Shown: positions 36,240 through 50,624, counted from the stretch's first letter. The stretch: DNA of 64,000 nt from Harriotta raleighana (GCA_050575255.1 JBNZDD010013727.1:9703081-9767080); one strand, 5' to 3'. Notes: generated from the sequence alone by a model not told the origin. Program-made: numbers and translations.

Positions 36240-37965
36240 ATTTTTAACTTTTTTCCACTGATACAAAAAAATTATATTGTTTATTTGTTTATGGTACATT
36301 TCTTTCCTACACATGGGTTATGCACACGTTTTTTCAGGTACACTCCCTTTAAACAGTCGGGAGTCACACCAGCGCACACCCTGATAAGGTCACCTGCTGC
36401 TTCCGGAAGCTGCCCTGATGTGCATCGTACGTGCACATGTTTACTGTACATGCATTTTCAGTTACATGTCGAGCGTCCTTCTGTACCCTTTACATTTATT
36501 TCAGAACATTTTGGGTGCAATCGTGGGCTATGAGGTGGGTGCACCCTGAACAATTTGCACAGTATTGTCTCCTACCGGAGTCAGGTCCCATCTGGCCTTT
36601 ACCACGGTTGAGCCGAACTTCACCTTGTCCTTCAGTGCATAATTTTTAATCCTAGCGTGCGCAGGCTTAAGACAGGCTCTCACCTTCCTCTCGTTCTGCC
36701 AAAAAAACACCTGGTTTCGAGAAGGCCAAAGGACTTCCTTTACCGAGTTAACGATCCTCCAGGCACACATTGGGAGTTTTGTTGTGAGTGCCTGGGAAGA
36801 GGCCGTACAACCTCGAGTGCCATGACAGCAGTTCTGCAGGGACGAACCACGAGTGTATCCACTCCATCTTTCTCCAAACCATCTTTGCAAAACTACGCTC
36901 CAGAAAGAGGTGGTCCACGGTCTCCTCTCCTCTGCAGCCGGCCTTGACTGGCCCAGACCTTGATTGCACATGAACACCCTGAGGGGGAGGGACCCTTTGT
37001 TCGTCAGGCAGGCCATGTCCTGATGTTTCTTGGTCAGGACCAGTGACGAGGTGTTATATCAGATGTAGCTGGCCATCGTTTCTCGATACCTCCCAATCGG
37101 TCCGCCTCCCCCTTTCAAACCCTTTCGGCTACCTGTCGCACAGACACTTGGTGATTGCATGGGGGACTGTCGTGGTGTTTTTCGGGAAGCTCTCTATGTA
37201 GGACAGGGGTGTGGAACGTTTCAAGTCGGGTCCACCAGCCCCACACTTCCTAGCACCGGGTACAGGTAGAAACCCAGAATGAAGCGGCATTTGTTGCTGG
37301 CATAGTGGGCACAGCTTCAGGCAACTGGCCATGAGAATCAGGGCTACATTGAGGACTCCTTCATCTCCCTTTTTCTAGGGCTTTGTGCATCGCCTCCCTG
37401 TGGAAATGATCCATCTAGGAACCCCTAGATCACTTGGAAATCCTCTCTGGTGACTGCAATGACATTGTTCTTGGTCAATGGCCAGACCTGGACCATGTAC
37501 AGTAACACTGAGAGATCCTCAGGTTTTATCATCAGGTTTTTGCCCATGAAGGACAGTGAGGAGTGTTGGTGCTGCATTACCAGTTTCTTCTTCACTTTTC
37601 TTGCACACTCCTCTCAGCTTTTGGGTAATGCCCCAGCAGCCCTCAACCAGAAACCTCTAGTAATCAGTATTCTTTGCCTCCATTACCACACCGGCAGCTG
37701 GGCCAGTATCCTCCTAATGTTAGCAGAGTCTGCATTGAGATACAGTGAGTCACTGTTCTGAGGCGATTGGATTTGTGGTTGATCTAAATCACATAGGACA
37801 ATTGCATCCTTTTGAATCCCCATTGTGTTTTCATTTACTTTACCACAGGAAACTAGTGAGTCCAATCCTTTCCTTTTTAACAGCCATATCTGTGGATAAT
37901 CATCAAGGACCTCGTCTGATTTTTACCCCTTCTTTAAGGAAGTCCCTGCCCTTCCTGGCCTGATC
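36240..37965 (-). mobile_element. Tx1/L1-clade non-LTR retrotransposon 3' fragment
   Basis: Minus-strand GCRGEETVDHLFLERSFAKMVWRKM (decayed CCHC zf-RVT) and IVNSVKEVLWPSRN. GC-rich, frameshifted. Confidence 0.8.
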
Positions 37966-38699
37966 TGGGGCATCGAGGCCAATCATGGGAACGAAGCTTT
38001 ATGAAAGACGATCATAAAGCAGCTCAGTAATTTAATGAACTGTTTAACTTCCTGGCCTCTGAGTCATGTCCCAGAAGGGCTGAAAAGCAAACCAGATTTA
38101 GCAATGGAACAAATGGAGGATTGCACCACCAAGGGATATCAATAACATACCATACGTTATCAAAAGAATGACACAGGTCAAAAAAATTGCTTTCACACTT
38201 TTATGATGTTTACCACTAGCGCGAGATTGTAGATGACTTGCTCTACTAAAGGAAAGGAGGGGGAAAATTAAACTGATATATGAAATCTTTCGATTTAAAC
38301 AAAATACTGTATATGCATTGTTGAAGCTGCAACTTCAAAGCATGGTAGGTAATGTGAGCGGTGAGGGGGAATTAGATTGAGTGAGAGAGAGTCCTGTGGG
38401 AAATGTCTTGCATGTAATGTTGGTTTTTCAGCACCATTTAAGCAAAATGTGCAGGTCCTGTTTCAGTGATATTAATAAGTACAATAGCTCTGCATTATTA
38501 AGATGTCTTTATAAGGTGAACTGAAATGTCAGATTTAACTCAATGTTCATAATTTTGGAAATTCTCATGTTTCCCCAAAGTTCTTAAGAACTGGCTTCCA
38601 AATTAAAATTGAATTGAGTTTATTGTCATTTGTCTAGGATCATGTAAAATTTTCTGCGCCTGGTGCCTATTGACAGATCCATGTTGGAAATTACACATA

Positions 38700-38998
38700 G
38701 ATATCTGGTGAGATTAGGGTCTACGAAGTATTGTAGACCCTACCTTCACCAATATCCATGTGTGAATAACATTCTTCTTCTTCCGATCAGGGCAAAACTG
38801 TAGGCAAGTTTCTTTTCTCCAAATATTTTGACACTTAATCCACGATTGTTTTGTAGGACATCGCCTTGCGCAACTGGCTGTTGCATTTCACTCCGAAACA
38901 CACAGTGAGTCCGCTATACAGTATTATTCTGCAAAGCGCTTTCAGAAGTCACAACAATTTGATGAGGTGCTATATTGGATGCAACGATTATTATTAAT
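38700..38998 (+). mobile_element. Diverged SINE
   Basis: gggcaaaactgtaggcaagtttc...ccacgattgtt...gcgcaactggctg...gcaaagcgcttt...gatgcaacgattattatt. Confidence 0.7.
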
Positions 38999-39899
38999 AT
39001 TATAAAACTTGGTCAGGAGGAATGGCTGGTTGAATGAGGGACTGGAAAGAACTGATGAGCAGCTGAGCTGAGGGAGAAGGAAAAGCTGTTTCCTATACAT
39101 CAGTCGTTTGCACATATCTGCTTCTTTAAGTAAAGTTTACAAAAGCATACTTGGCTCTCTGGGAGCAGTTAATCAATAAAATATTCCAAGGTGCCAGTTT
39201 TCAAGAGTTTTATGTGAAGTACATTGTTTTATATAATTTGAGTTGAAGTTTAATAAATTGTTTTAAATAAAGGTCCTTGAAATTATTTATTGATTATGTA
39301 TTAAATCCATATGTGGAGTGGGATGCCTGCACAAAGAGAGCAATGAGTTACAAATAGAATCTGTTGAAGCTCCCTGAAATTCAATTGGAAGTTACTAAAC
39401 AGTACTTGGTCAGATTGCAAGGATTATAATCTCAGTGACACACAATAATAGACCATTTGCAGTTGATGCTGTCATTTATTCAAAATGAAAAGACAATTTT
39501 ATTTTAGTAAGTGATTATTTTTGTACATTGTGGTGGAAAGAGTGGCCTCTCCTAAATTCCATACATCAGTATCAGTTGTGCAGTTTGAAATAAAATACAA
39601 TTTGTTTTAAAGCAATAGTTGCTGAATCACACTCTGCTATGCAGAAGAGATTGCTTTACTTTTGCTGAACTAATAAAATGGAACAGATTGTGAACTATAT
39701 TGAATTAGATAATTTTAAATGGAAATTAGGGGACTTTGTCTCATTGGAATGTAAGGATATTCTACAGAGATATTAAGACAGATTTTGTTTTCAGAGGATA
39801 GGTTTGAGAAGAGGAAAAAGACATGTCATTTCATTGAAAGTCAGTACATCAAAGACTTCCAAAGAGAAGCTGAAATGTAGAAGTAATTTAAAGGCGCTT

Positions 39900-40375
39900 G
39901 CTGTCCAAACAGATTCATAATCCAAAAGGTTTTATCTAAAGACTGGCATAAGGAAGATGTGGATGATCAAAAAGAGCTGTGTTTTTACAGTGCATTCAGT
40001 CATGACTCTTGCCGAAACCAGTATGTTAACCATCCCAACAGGGAGGGTATTGTGGAGATTCACCAGAAATATGACAGGAATTATAGATTATTGTATGGTG
40101 AGACTTGAATAGTTGGAACTGTTTGCACTGGAATGGAGAAGGTGAAGGGAAGAATTAAACACATCTTGAATGTGCTGATATTTATTTAATTTATGGTTGG
40201 TCAGAAGTCGGAGGGTGTAACCTGAGGATTATCATCACAAGAAAAGAGGTTAGGGTGTTTTACACAAAAGTTTGTTAGAATGTGGGATGTTTTATTATAA
40301 ATGGCATTTGAAGCCAAGTCCATACCTGTATTTAAAAGGGAACTTGATAAATAGTTGAAAGACAGGTGAATTATA
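39900..40375 (+). mobile_element. Decayed CR1 LINE 3' fragment
   Basis: gagacttgaatagttggaactgtttgcactggaatggagaagg (RL..LGLFSLE.RR-like) and tttacacaaaag...gaatgtggga...tttaaaagggaacttgataaa (FTQRVV..WN / FK..LD-like). Confidence 0.7.
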
Positions 40376-41330
40376 GCATTGCAGCAGCTTTATCCAATGG
40401 TGGAGCAATGGTAGTGAACACATTCTGAATCAAAGGTCTTAAAAAACTATAAACTTTCTAGCATAGTTGTTGAGTACTTGGTTTATCCAGACATTCTGTT
40501 GTTTTTGTCAAACTGTAAATCAGTTTTTAGGATTCTGAAACTCCATGTCATGCAGAAACAGTGATTGAATGCTCTGCTGAGCATGAAAAAGTAAAAGTGT
40601 TAAAATTAGATGAGATTTTCCTGTTTATAACATAACAAATGAAGAGAAAATGTTTTAATCTGTAGCACGCAACTTGATTTCATGCAATTGAAATTGAGTT
40701 TTGCATTCCTTTCCTCTCCATTTCATCCCCTTTACAGAACGTGATTGGTACTATTGCATCCTATCATAATTGTCCCAGCCCTCCAGCAACATTATTGTTT
40801 GAGCCTTGACCTGTGTTCATTAACCTTTGGCAGAACTCAACCAATTCACTTACAGATTATTCAGCAATGCAGTAATAAGAAGTGACGGACAGTGGTCTAA
40901 ATTAGTGGTTTCCATATGGTGATCTTAAACCCGCCACTCCTGGCAGTTGCCAATTGTGGGACAGATCTGAAAGGGGAAAAAAATTGTATCTTTGTCCTAA
41001 TTCAAATGCTTCACATGCTTTTTAGAATATGGGATAATTCCACTTCCAAGTAAGCTTCTGTTTCCTCCGCTTGCTCATTAGAAAAATGGGTGAGGAATTG
41101 CACAGAATCCCAGCTTTGTTAATGATGGCACACTGCTGCATTCTCTGTGGTTATTGCTCAAGTTGCAGCTTAAAGTGAGGTGTGTCACAAATGGCCCCTG
41201 ACCAGCAAGTCCAAAATGCTACCTGGCCAATGGCTAACAGCAGGATATTTGACTGATTGGTTTCATATGCATATAAGGTCATTCTCGGTCTATCAGACAA
41301 TATATCTGTGTGTTTCCTCTTTTTCTCTTT

Positions 41331-41425
41331 TTTTTTCTACCTTGTCAGCCTCATGATTTGATTTTTATAATTTTTATAATTTTTTTCTACCTTGTCAGCC
41401 TCATGATTTGATTTTTATAATTTTT
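41331..41425 (+). repeat. Tandem duplication, 50-bp period
   Basis: ttttttctaccttgtcagcctcatgatttgatttttataattttt occurs twice (cttgtcagcc at 41341 and 41391). Confidence 0.9.
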
Positions 41426-44400
41426 CTTTACCAATTAATTAGTTGTCGAATGTTACAGTATTTTGATGGAAGGGGTGGTCTTTCGATTTTTTAATTTTGT
41501 GTTTAGGCTAAATTTATACTGTGGCGAAAGTTCTCCAAACACCTTGTTCTTCCACAAAATAACACTGGGGAAGCAAGGAATCTGCCATTTGATATTGTCA
41601 TTTTTTAAACTTCAATTTTTGCATTGTGTTGTCTACTTGCACCATACAGAACTGTTTATTTTTGTGTTGATCTTGTCTGTTAACAGATACAATAAATTTT
41701 CTGTGGTTAAAATGTAATTTACTTGGTAGAATATAAACTTGTTTAGCATTGGTTATGTGGATGACGTAACAGACCGATACGAGTAAACATGATTTTGGCA
41801 AAACGTTTCAAAATAGAAAAATCCCAGGAGCTGCTGAGTGACTGAACCAATCTCAGCATTCAGATGGCAAACTTTTCATAGTGCAAGATGCCCCTGGAAC
41901 TCCTTACTTGTGCCCCAGGTTTGTAAATTCTTTGCAAATTGTACGATTTTGTTTATCAAACCCAAATGACCTAACCATAGTACAGGTATCCTGATTATTC
42001 GAAGGCCAAATGCACTACATGCACTTGAACTGTTCTAACTTGGAAAATATGGTTTAGACTAAATTAACTGTTAAATTAATAATCCTTGCTTTTGATATAG
42101 TCGTGTCACATGTGTACAAAGACATTATTGAATATGATGTGCACTCTGTACCACTTCACATTGCCACTCGCATTTCAGAGGGGTAATTACCGGATTGAGA
42201 AATGAATTGTAGTTTGATTGTGATAGACTATTGAACACGTTAATCTGTAAAGAGGGACTTGTACAGTGTTGTAGAATTGTGTAATAATGCATTCCAGAGC
42301 AGTTAAAGCTGTACATGAAGCAAGTTGTTGCAGATACTAGTAGATTCAGATGTTAAATATCATCTTCCTGAGCAGCGAGATTAATGTATGTCAAATTCTT
42401 GTTTCAAAGCTTTATGTATTTATAAATCATACAAACACCCAAGTCGTACATATACCTGAGTCCCATTCAGTTCCTATCAAAACCACTTTGCACTATTGTT
42501 ATTACTCACCTCTTAACTTGTAACCATGTTCCCCTCCATTACTCCTGCACTTACCAGCCTTGAATCACAGGAAACGATGTCCTTATTCATTGCTTACCAG
42601 TCGGCTTCATTGAATCACAGGAAACATAGTCTTCATCTGTAGACCCATGCTCAGAACTTCATTTCCCTTAATTCAATGCAATTCCAAGTTTTCTGGTATG
42701 TTCGAATTCTGTGACGGTAAAGGTAATTGAATTGGAGGAAATGTAGTCTTAAAATAATAAATAAAAATCCTTGCATTTGATATAGCGCTTTTCACATCTT
42801 CTAGAAGTCTCAAAGTGCTTCACAGTCTTAATCCATCACTGCATAGACACTTGCTGGCTGCAGTGACAAATTACCACATGTCCCTTGCCAGCTGTTTTAA
42901 ATTACACATGAGCAGGATAGATTATTGAATAATTTGGACTTCCATGACTTCTATAGTTTGCCTGTACGTTGGATTTCACGTAAGTCATAATAAAGCTCTT
43001 GGAAAATGAAAGAAGCTAGGCTTAAACTTTATATATTGAGGTTGAGTAACAAGTGTTATATTGTCCGAAGATAATGTGATAGTTACATAGTGACCAGCAA
43101 CTATACCATAGTAACTGTACTTACTGCACTTACTTTCTTTCAAGCATGAATGCACGTTTTGATTTGTTATTTTGTGAAGTTCAAAGGAGAAAAAGCTGCT
43201 CATGGCTGCAGCCCTGGCTCATGCCAAGTAGAGCATTGACTTAACTAGCTGTTGAATTTGTTTGCAGCGATAAGGATGTGGACTATGAAATTTCACTTTG
43301 CAAATGATTTACCAATATAATCTGATGTTTTCTTTTGGAGCACACGATAGAGGATTTACACAGCTAGGCAGTCTCCAAGTTTGTCTGCTGCTCACTGAAT
43401 GGCATTTCTCAAATCAAAACCCAGTTCAAAGGATTGTAATTAACCCTGTTGTATAGTGGAGGTCAGTGCCGTGTCAAAGTATGGGATGTAATGGTCTACT
43501 TTTGTTCTATCTTGGCATTCAAAATGATATAGAATTTTCATTGGTTTCAATTTGGATTGTGCTTCAGTTGTGCTGCAGATTTTATTGATTTCTGCAAATT
43601 TAAAGTGAAAATGCTGTTTTTTACCCAACCCTAAATCTCCGAATGTTTCTGTTTAACAATGAGAAACCAACTCCAGGAGATGTCTGGTACCACTTTGTGT
43701 TAATGCCAGTTGTCATAGGACAGCAACCAATACGAGGCAAGCTTTAATTTACAAAGTTGCTAGGAGGTCTAGTGGAATGTTATTAAACTCTAATTATTAA
43801 AGAACCAGTTTAAGAACACATGCACATAAAAATGTTTTGCTTTGGTGGGTAAAATCCCAGGGGGTATGGGGAAGGAGAATTTAGCTGTGGATCTGGCTAT
43901 TAGCCTCCAATAGTGACTTGCTGATGTTTATGTGTAGGTGGACAGCAAGTGCAGCAGAATCTGCCTCCGCTACTGTGATGTTTCTCATATATTCAAATGA
44001 TGTGCCAACATTCACTCTTCAGGTGGGGTTGACCACTCGAGTTTGATACCTAAAGAATTCTCAAATCATGTAGAACCATACCCTGAAGGTACTTTCAATA
44101 GTGAAGCAGATTAACTTGTTTTGAAAGAAGTTCCATTTGCAAAGTTATAGATCAAGATGGCACATGCTGTAACCAATCCTGAAAGTATGTTTAGATTTTC
44201 CTGGCAGAGAAAAGTTTAGTTTACCACTAATCTTGTGTTCAGTTCCTATCTCTTAGATAAATTAGGGTTTATAAGATTAACACTGGTGTCTGATATGTGG
44301 ATAACAACAACAAATTTGTATTCAAATAGCACCTACCATATCGGGAGTGTGTCCCAAAGCAGCGGACAATCAAGTGTTTGCACCTCAGTTGGGGGTTGGA

Positions 44401-45817
44401 ATCAAGAAATAAGTAAAAATAAGATGAATCAAGAAATAAGTAAAATTCTAAGTTTACCTTCAGAAATTGCTATTTTAAAAGAGAAATCTAATCCCACTGG
44501 ATGAGATGAATGTTTTCAGAGCTGCTTCAGGTGTTTAACTGGTCATGTTTGGTACAGTAGTTATGGTGTGGCCATTGTTACCATGCTCATGATTAATTAT
44601 TGTACAGTTGCTCTGACAGAACGTTCTGACATATCAAGAACATGGATGCATTGTTTAGAGGTCCTTCGTGTAATGGAAAAAAACACAATATGCCGTATCT
44701 AACTTATCCCATAATATGGCCTGGTTTGGGTTCAATTTCTAAGTGCTGCTTTGGGACCTTCTACAAAAACAAAGTTGCCCTTTTAAAAAATATACATATT
44801 CATATTCACCAATGCATACATCTGATTTGTTTTTATACTTAATTCTTGCAATTATCAAAATATTCAGCTAATATTCAACAATATCATAATTTCCCTCTAA
44901 AAAATAGTCCACCTCACACAAATAATCATCAAGTCAGTATTTATGATTTGGTTTTATTGAAATATTTTACTTCCGGTGTAAAGCTCAACATCATCTTATC
45001 CAATATATGCGACAATGCAAGAATTTTATTAAAATTCTACTTCACTTGCTAAAAAAAAATCCATAGTTGTGTACCTTTGTTTGAAATAGGTAACATGCAG
45101 CAGAAAAGGCAGCAAAGAGCTGATAATAATGATAATCCTTATTCATGTAATCATCCTTATTGATATAGCGCCTTTCATATTGGAAGGACGTCTGAAAATG
45201 TTTTGAATGACTTGCTGCAATTTGCTGTGTCTGTGTATTTTGTAGCTGAATGTGGCAGCCAATGTGCGTACAGCAGCATCCTACAAACAGCTGTAATGTG
45301 AATGACCAATTTAATTTGGGGTATAGTTAGTCTGGACACTGGGGAAAAACTTCTATGTAACAAACTTTCAATGGACCTAAAGTGATTCAGCATATTGTCT
45401 TGAATCAATGAAGAAACAGGGAGGTAGAGGGGGGATTCAGTGTTTAATTTCTGCAAGAACACTGTTATAATTCACATCTTTCTTTGACTTTGGTCCATAA
45501 TTTTATTTAGGAAATGATGTGTGTCGTTAACAACAATTCCTTGCTAATGTTTCTGGTAACTGATTGTTGCGTTGCCTTGCAAGTAATCACACAAATAAAT
45601 TGACCTTTGTAATGTTGGAAAGTGTGCTTGGCTGCATTGACACTCTATTTCGTAGGTAGCTGAACCTGAGGTTGATTTAACCAATTTGATTAATATTTAG
45701 CGTCTTGGGATGTCCCCTCAACATGAAAGACGCGTACAAATATAATTTTGTTGTTATGTTTTTATAGAACCAATAGTAGAGGCAAATATTCTGACCAGTT
45801 TGTTTTACCTTCTGCAG

Positions 45818-45848
45818 GCGTGAAGAAACTCAAAGAAGATTAAAAAAT
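45818..45848 (+). CDS. LMO7: LMO7 exon (K-REETQRRLKN), 31 nt, phase 2-0
   Basis: ttttaccttctgcag acceptor, AAT|gtaagt donor. Corresponds to human QEETDRRVKN. Confidence 0.93.
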
Positions 45849-47124
45849 GTAAGTATTCTGCATTTTACTGTCTGTGCAGTCAACATAATTTGCTGATTGA
45901 ATCCAACAGAAGTGTTAAGTTTAAAATATCTTAGAATATTTATGCCCAAAATATGCCAATTGTGACCTTTTATAAAATCAGACGATACCTGAATCCTCCA
46001 TGCCACCATTGCCTTCAGCCACTACTCCCATAACCTGCCTCCCCCTCTATTTCTAAACCTCTTTCTCTCTCCCACCGACCCCCACCACCAATCCTAACTC
46101 ATCATTTGTGCCTATGGTCACCTCCTCCCTTCCATGGCATTCAACCCTTCCATTGTACAGTGTTCTTAGCTATATAAAAGCAAGTTGTTGTACAACCAAC
46201 AGTCAAATGCTCTTGAGTTCCAAAATAGTATTTGATTAGCTTTAATATCAGCTTCACATATTAATGTCCCCTTTCTTGTGCTCTTTAAAAGATCGCAGTC
46301 TGCTGGCTTGCCATCGTGAATTCGTTTTCTTCTGTTAAATGCTTATATTTATATTGCCTGATGATTAGGGGAAAATGCTCTTAGACTACACAGTTTACAA
46401 TCGTGAGTGTTAAAGTTGGCTGAATCTTATCCAGAATATTTGATTCACGGTATCCTGCCTGCAGAGTCTGGATGCACTACAGAAAGGTCTGCCTATAATT
46501 AGCTTTTATAAGTCCCTCTTGTAACCATGTATCTGGATTGTGTTAATGCCAAAATTTCCAAGGAAAGATTTAAAAAGCATTCATTGACCTACACAGCAGC
46601 ATTTACTTTTTCAGTATCTAGCCCTGGATTCTGTTTTGCCAGCATAATCTCAATATCGGGATCCTATTTTGTTTGCATTTATTACGTTTATTTCCATGCT
46701 TGCTCTTCCCTCCTCCTTCATGGATTAAATTGGAGAGCATCTCTTCATGTCCAGATTTATGAAACCAATTTGAAATACTAGATAATCTCTTAAAGCTTTT
46801 CTGAATGACAAAGTGTAAGATGACATTGCAGGTGAAAGGAACATGTTTCCAGTTTTAACACCAAATGATTTTCAATTGCAGATCAAGGCTTCCTTTCACT
46901 ATTTAACAGACTTTTACTGTGGTCACCAGAAAACTGTTCTCTTGAATTTCTTAAGATTGATGAATTACTAACACCTATATTGCTGGACTACATGTAGCCA
47001 ATATTGTGCTCTTGTCACCCATTAATTAAAATTGGAAACACTGACTGAGCTCTTAAAGTCTGCCATTTGTGAGCTCCAGAACAAAACCTACAAGCATGCA
47101 AATTTGCTGAAGCTCCATTTGCCT

Positions 47125-47396
47125 CACAAACTGCACTGCCAGCCTTTCTGCCCCCAAACTCTGGAACTTCATCCCACAGTCCCTTTGCCTCGCTTCCTCC
47201 CTTGCCTCCTTCAATTCTGGGCTCAAGACCTTCCTCTTTGATCGTACCTTCTGCAGCACTCTCAACTCTCTCCCTCCCCCCCACCCTCCCCCAAGCCTCT
47301 CCCTCTTGCTTGGGTCCCGACCCCTGAATGTTCAGTGTTTTGGGACGTCTTCCTGACTTGAAAGCCTCTATCAAAGTGTAATTTTGTTGTTGTTAT
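47125..47396 (+). mobile_element. LINE2 3' fragment
   Basis: gcctttctgcccccaaactctggaac... and gggacgtcttcctgacttgaaagcctctatcaaagtgtaattttgttgttg tail. Confidence 0.85.
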
Positions 47397-48464
47397 TGCC
47401 AAGTCATCTACATTCTCAGTTTTTCACATGTGTGGTATATTTATATCAAAACAGCATTTCCATATTTTAAAACTTACCAACAGAATGGTAGACTACCAAC
47501 AAAAACAAATTTTATTGTTGTTGGTAGACTGACAGGCTCTCAAAGGCATGAATTTCATAATTGTGGCAATTTCAAACCCATAATTTATTTTTACATAGAA
47601 ACACGATTGTTACTAACTGAGTCAAAATGCTGTTTCTTAAAATAAAAATGTATAATTCTAAAGTCCTTGCAGATTTGACAAAACATGGTAGTAATTGATT
47701 TCAGGTTTGCAATTAAACTGAACAAACTAAACTGGTGGGTAAAGAACTATAAAATATTTTAAAATAGAACTGGGGAAATAAAAAGGATTCAGGGTCTTTA
47801 GATGATGACATTAGTGCATTTAAATAAAGTCTTGGGAATTTTGATGGGTAGCCTAGATAGTCCAATGGTGTGTTCTGCCTGAAACACACTATGTATGATT
47901 TGTGTACTTTTAAGCAAACTAGAAAAATAAGCTGCAGAATGATACAAAATTAGTTAGAAAATCTGCCCGCTTTGTAAGATGGAAAAAGGCCAAGACCGAA
48001 TTTCTACTGTACAGTTTATACTGCATTGTCTACACAAACTCATAACTTCTGTCCCACCCTTAAGAAGGAATGCTAGAGACGCAGCAGGAAGAAAGGCAAT
48101 GAGCTATAAATATTTTGATCATGGCTGCTTGTAAAGCCAATCATTCCAGATAGCCACCCAGGAGGTTACAATGGCTATTGTTTGCTTTGTAATTCTCTTT
48201 TCATTCCTCCCCTCTCTCCCTCACTAATTGCCAATCTACTGGTCCAGTTCACAAAGTTGTAGGTCAAGTACCCGACCCAGGGCAGCAATCTAAATAAAAC
48301 GAAAGTATAACATGCTACAGTAAACATGGACAAATATTTTGATAATAGTTCAATGTAAATTGATGGTGTATAACTTCCACTAGAATGGTTCACTATGGTT
48401 TCTTGTTTCATATGGTCTTTTATGTTTAATATTTCAAACGGATCATTGTGGCTGTTCATTTCAG

Positions 48465-48578
48465 GTTTTGATCACAATATATTGGCTTGGTAGAAAAGCA
48501 CAGAGTGAACCTCAATATAATGGACCTTACCTTAACCTGAAAGCATTCGAAGGATTATTAGGGCAAACTCTGACGAAG
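48465..48578 (+). CDS. LMO7: LMO7 exon, end of CH domain ([38 protein letters not shown]), 114 nt, phase 0-0
   Basis: gttcatttcag acceptor, AAG|gtaggt donor. Strong peptide match. Confidence 0.97.
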
Positions 48579-49017
48579 GTAGGTTGTAAATATGTTTAAT
48601 TGAGTTACGTGTAGTTTGAAGCAGAAAGTGGAAATGTGATTAATAGATAGCTAATTATTGTGGTATGACCAGCCAATTTCAAAATGTACCCTAGATTTTA
48701 CATAAAATTGTAGGTTATGAAAAATAGATTGAATGCTCAACTGTTTGTGAATGAAGATTTGGTTCAGTTTGAAACTCATATTAATTGGAATTTTTGGAGG
48801 GTCAGCTGGGTGAGTAATACATGCAGAAACCCATCACCATGCTTTGGTATCAAACCAAACAGAACTCCATGCATCCCAATACTTGGGAATTCTTGAGATA
48901 TTTATTGAAATGGAATGTGCACTGTCTCCCTGGAGAGATACATTCTTCTTTCTAATTCCAGAAAGTATTAGACACAGAATGGCAAGTGCCAAAGCTTAAT
49001 TAGTAATATTTAGTACT

Positions 49018-49434
49018 CAGTAAAATTCCTTTAATCCGTCACCTGTTAATCCGGAATTCCTTATAGTTCGGCACCTGCAACGTTCCATTTTTTTCCAATA
49101 TGCACATCTCTATGTGCATCTCTTCCCAGAAAGCCTTCACACTATTCAGCGCATTTTCCTCAGGGGCCCATCACTGACGTAACGTTTAGTAAGTGTGTGC
49201 ATGCACAATTAAAAAAAAAAATTACTTTTGGTGGGTGCAATGCCTTTTTAGGCAGACCGCCTCTCTGCCGGGATGGGGAGAGCTCTGGTTTTCACTATAC
49301 AGATATGTAACATAGATAAGAGCACAGCACACTCAAATCCTCCCATCCCTAAGAGTAACGTCCAATAATCCAGCATATTTGCTAATTCGGCACCATCTAA
49401 ATCCCGAACGTGCTGGATTATCAGAATTTTGCTC
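49018..49434. mobile_element. Tigger-like MITE (distinct subfamily)
   Basis: CAGTAAAATTCCTTTAATCCG left end versus TGGATTATCAGAATTTTGCTC-TA right end. Internal repeats (aattcggcacc). Confidence 0.7.
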
Positions 49435-50624
49435 TACTTCATTAGTAATATTAGTATTAAAGCTTAATATTAATTAGGTAAAAGGTGAAAAATATCCCTC
49501 ATCATGCGTATACACCTATGAATGAATGGCGCTACAAATTCAGAATGCTCTGAGTGGCTTTAAATTGATTGTAACGCACTTTCTTCTGGTGGGTTTGCTT
49601 AAAGTTTAATTGCAATGTGGACCCACACATTTACTTACCCCCAAAAAATGCACTCAGAAAGCCAGCCAGTTCCATTGTTGCACATCACACTTTAAATCCT
49701 GTGATAATACGAATGACAATGATGTGCTTTGAAACATGAAATTGCGATTTGAAGCATGACGTGTACAATGGAGCAGCCGGCTGGCTTTCTGCATGCATGC
49801 ACCGTGACTTCACCAGGCGTTATCGATGACAGAACATATGGAAATGCTGACTAGAAATTGCAGCATCCTCTCAGGTGCATGAAATTGTATGGGTGCCAAT
49901 TATTGCCTTACAGCGGGGCATTTGGGGATGCTATTGAAAACTGAGAAATCGAATTAGCAATACATACAATTGTAAAGTAAACCTACTTTGAATCAGAATT
50001 AGGTTGTTTAAACTATGGATATTTCCTTATTTGTTCACACTCAGTGTAAATGTAAGAATCCATCAGCAGCAACCCTATCCCTTTTAAGAATATTGTGTCT
50101 GAACTAAGTGATGCTTAAAATGAGTAAATCTTGTGATGTGTGGAGATAGTATGGGGAAATTGAAGTGGGAAATCTCTTACAAAAGTAGCTAATTATTTTT
50201 GCTGCTGTATTGGATCTTGCAGTCACGCATTGGCATTGCAATATTTGTCTCTGATTACAAGCAAGTAATCTGTGCTTGATCCTCCTGCATCATTCTTCTA
50301 TAGCATTAAACAATGGAAACAAATCCAATTTAATATCTGATTTTACAGTCTTACTTTTGCATTAATCTGAAAGTATTTTCAACTTGTACAAGTTGCCTTC
50401 GTGACACAGTTCAATAATTTGCTTTATCAAGTTATCCAATTGATCGATACATTTCCTACTTGCCACCATGTGGTCAGTGAAAGGATTGCAGACAATAGAT
50501 GTTCTGGTGATATTTTATATCACCTTATAGCATAATGACAGTATAAGTCATTTGTGTGCAAGAGAGATACTACAGCATGGGATCGATAAAGCAATTTATA
50601 TCGAGAGACTTGTTGATCAGGACA

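Noticed and set aside
44399-44447. Short tandem duplication (gaatcaagaaataagtaaaa x2); similar one at 42549-42626
   Set aside because: Ordinary slippage-type duplications in intron sequence.
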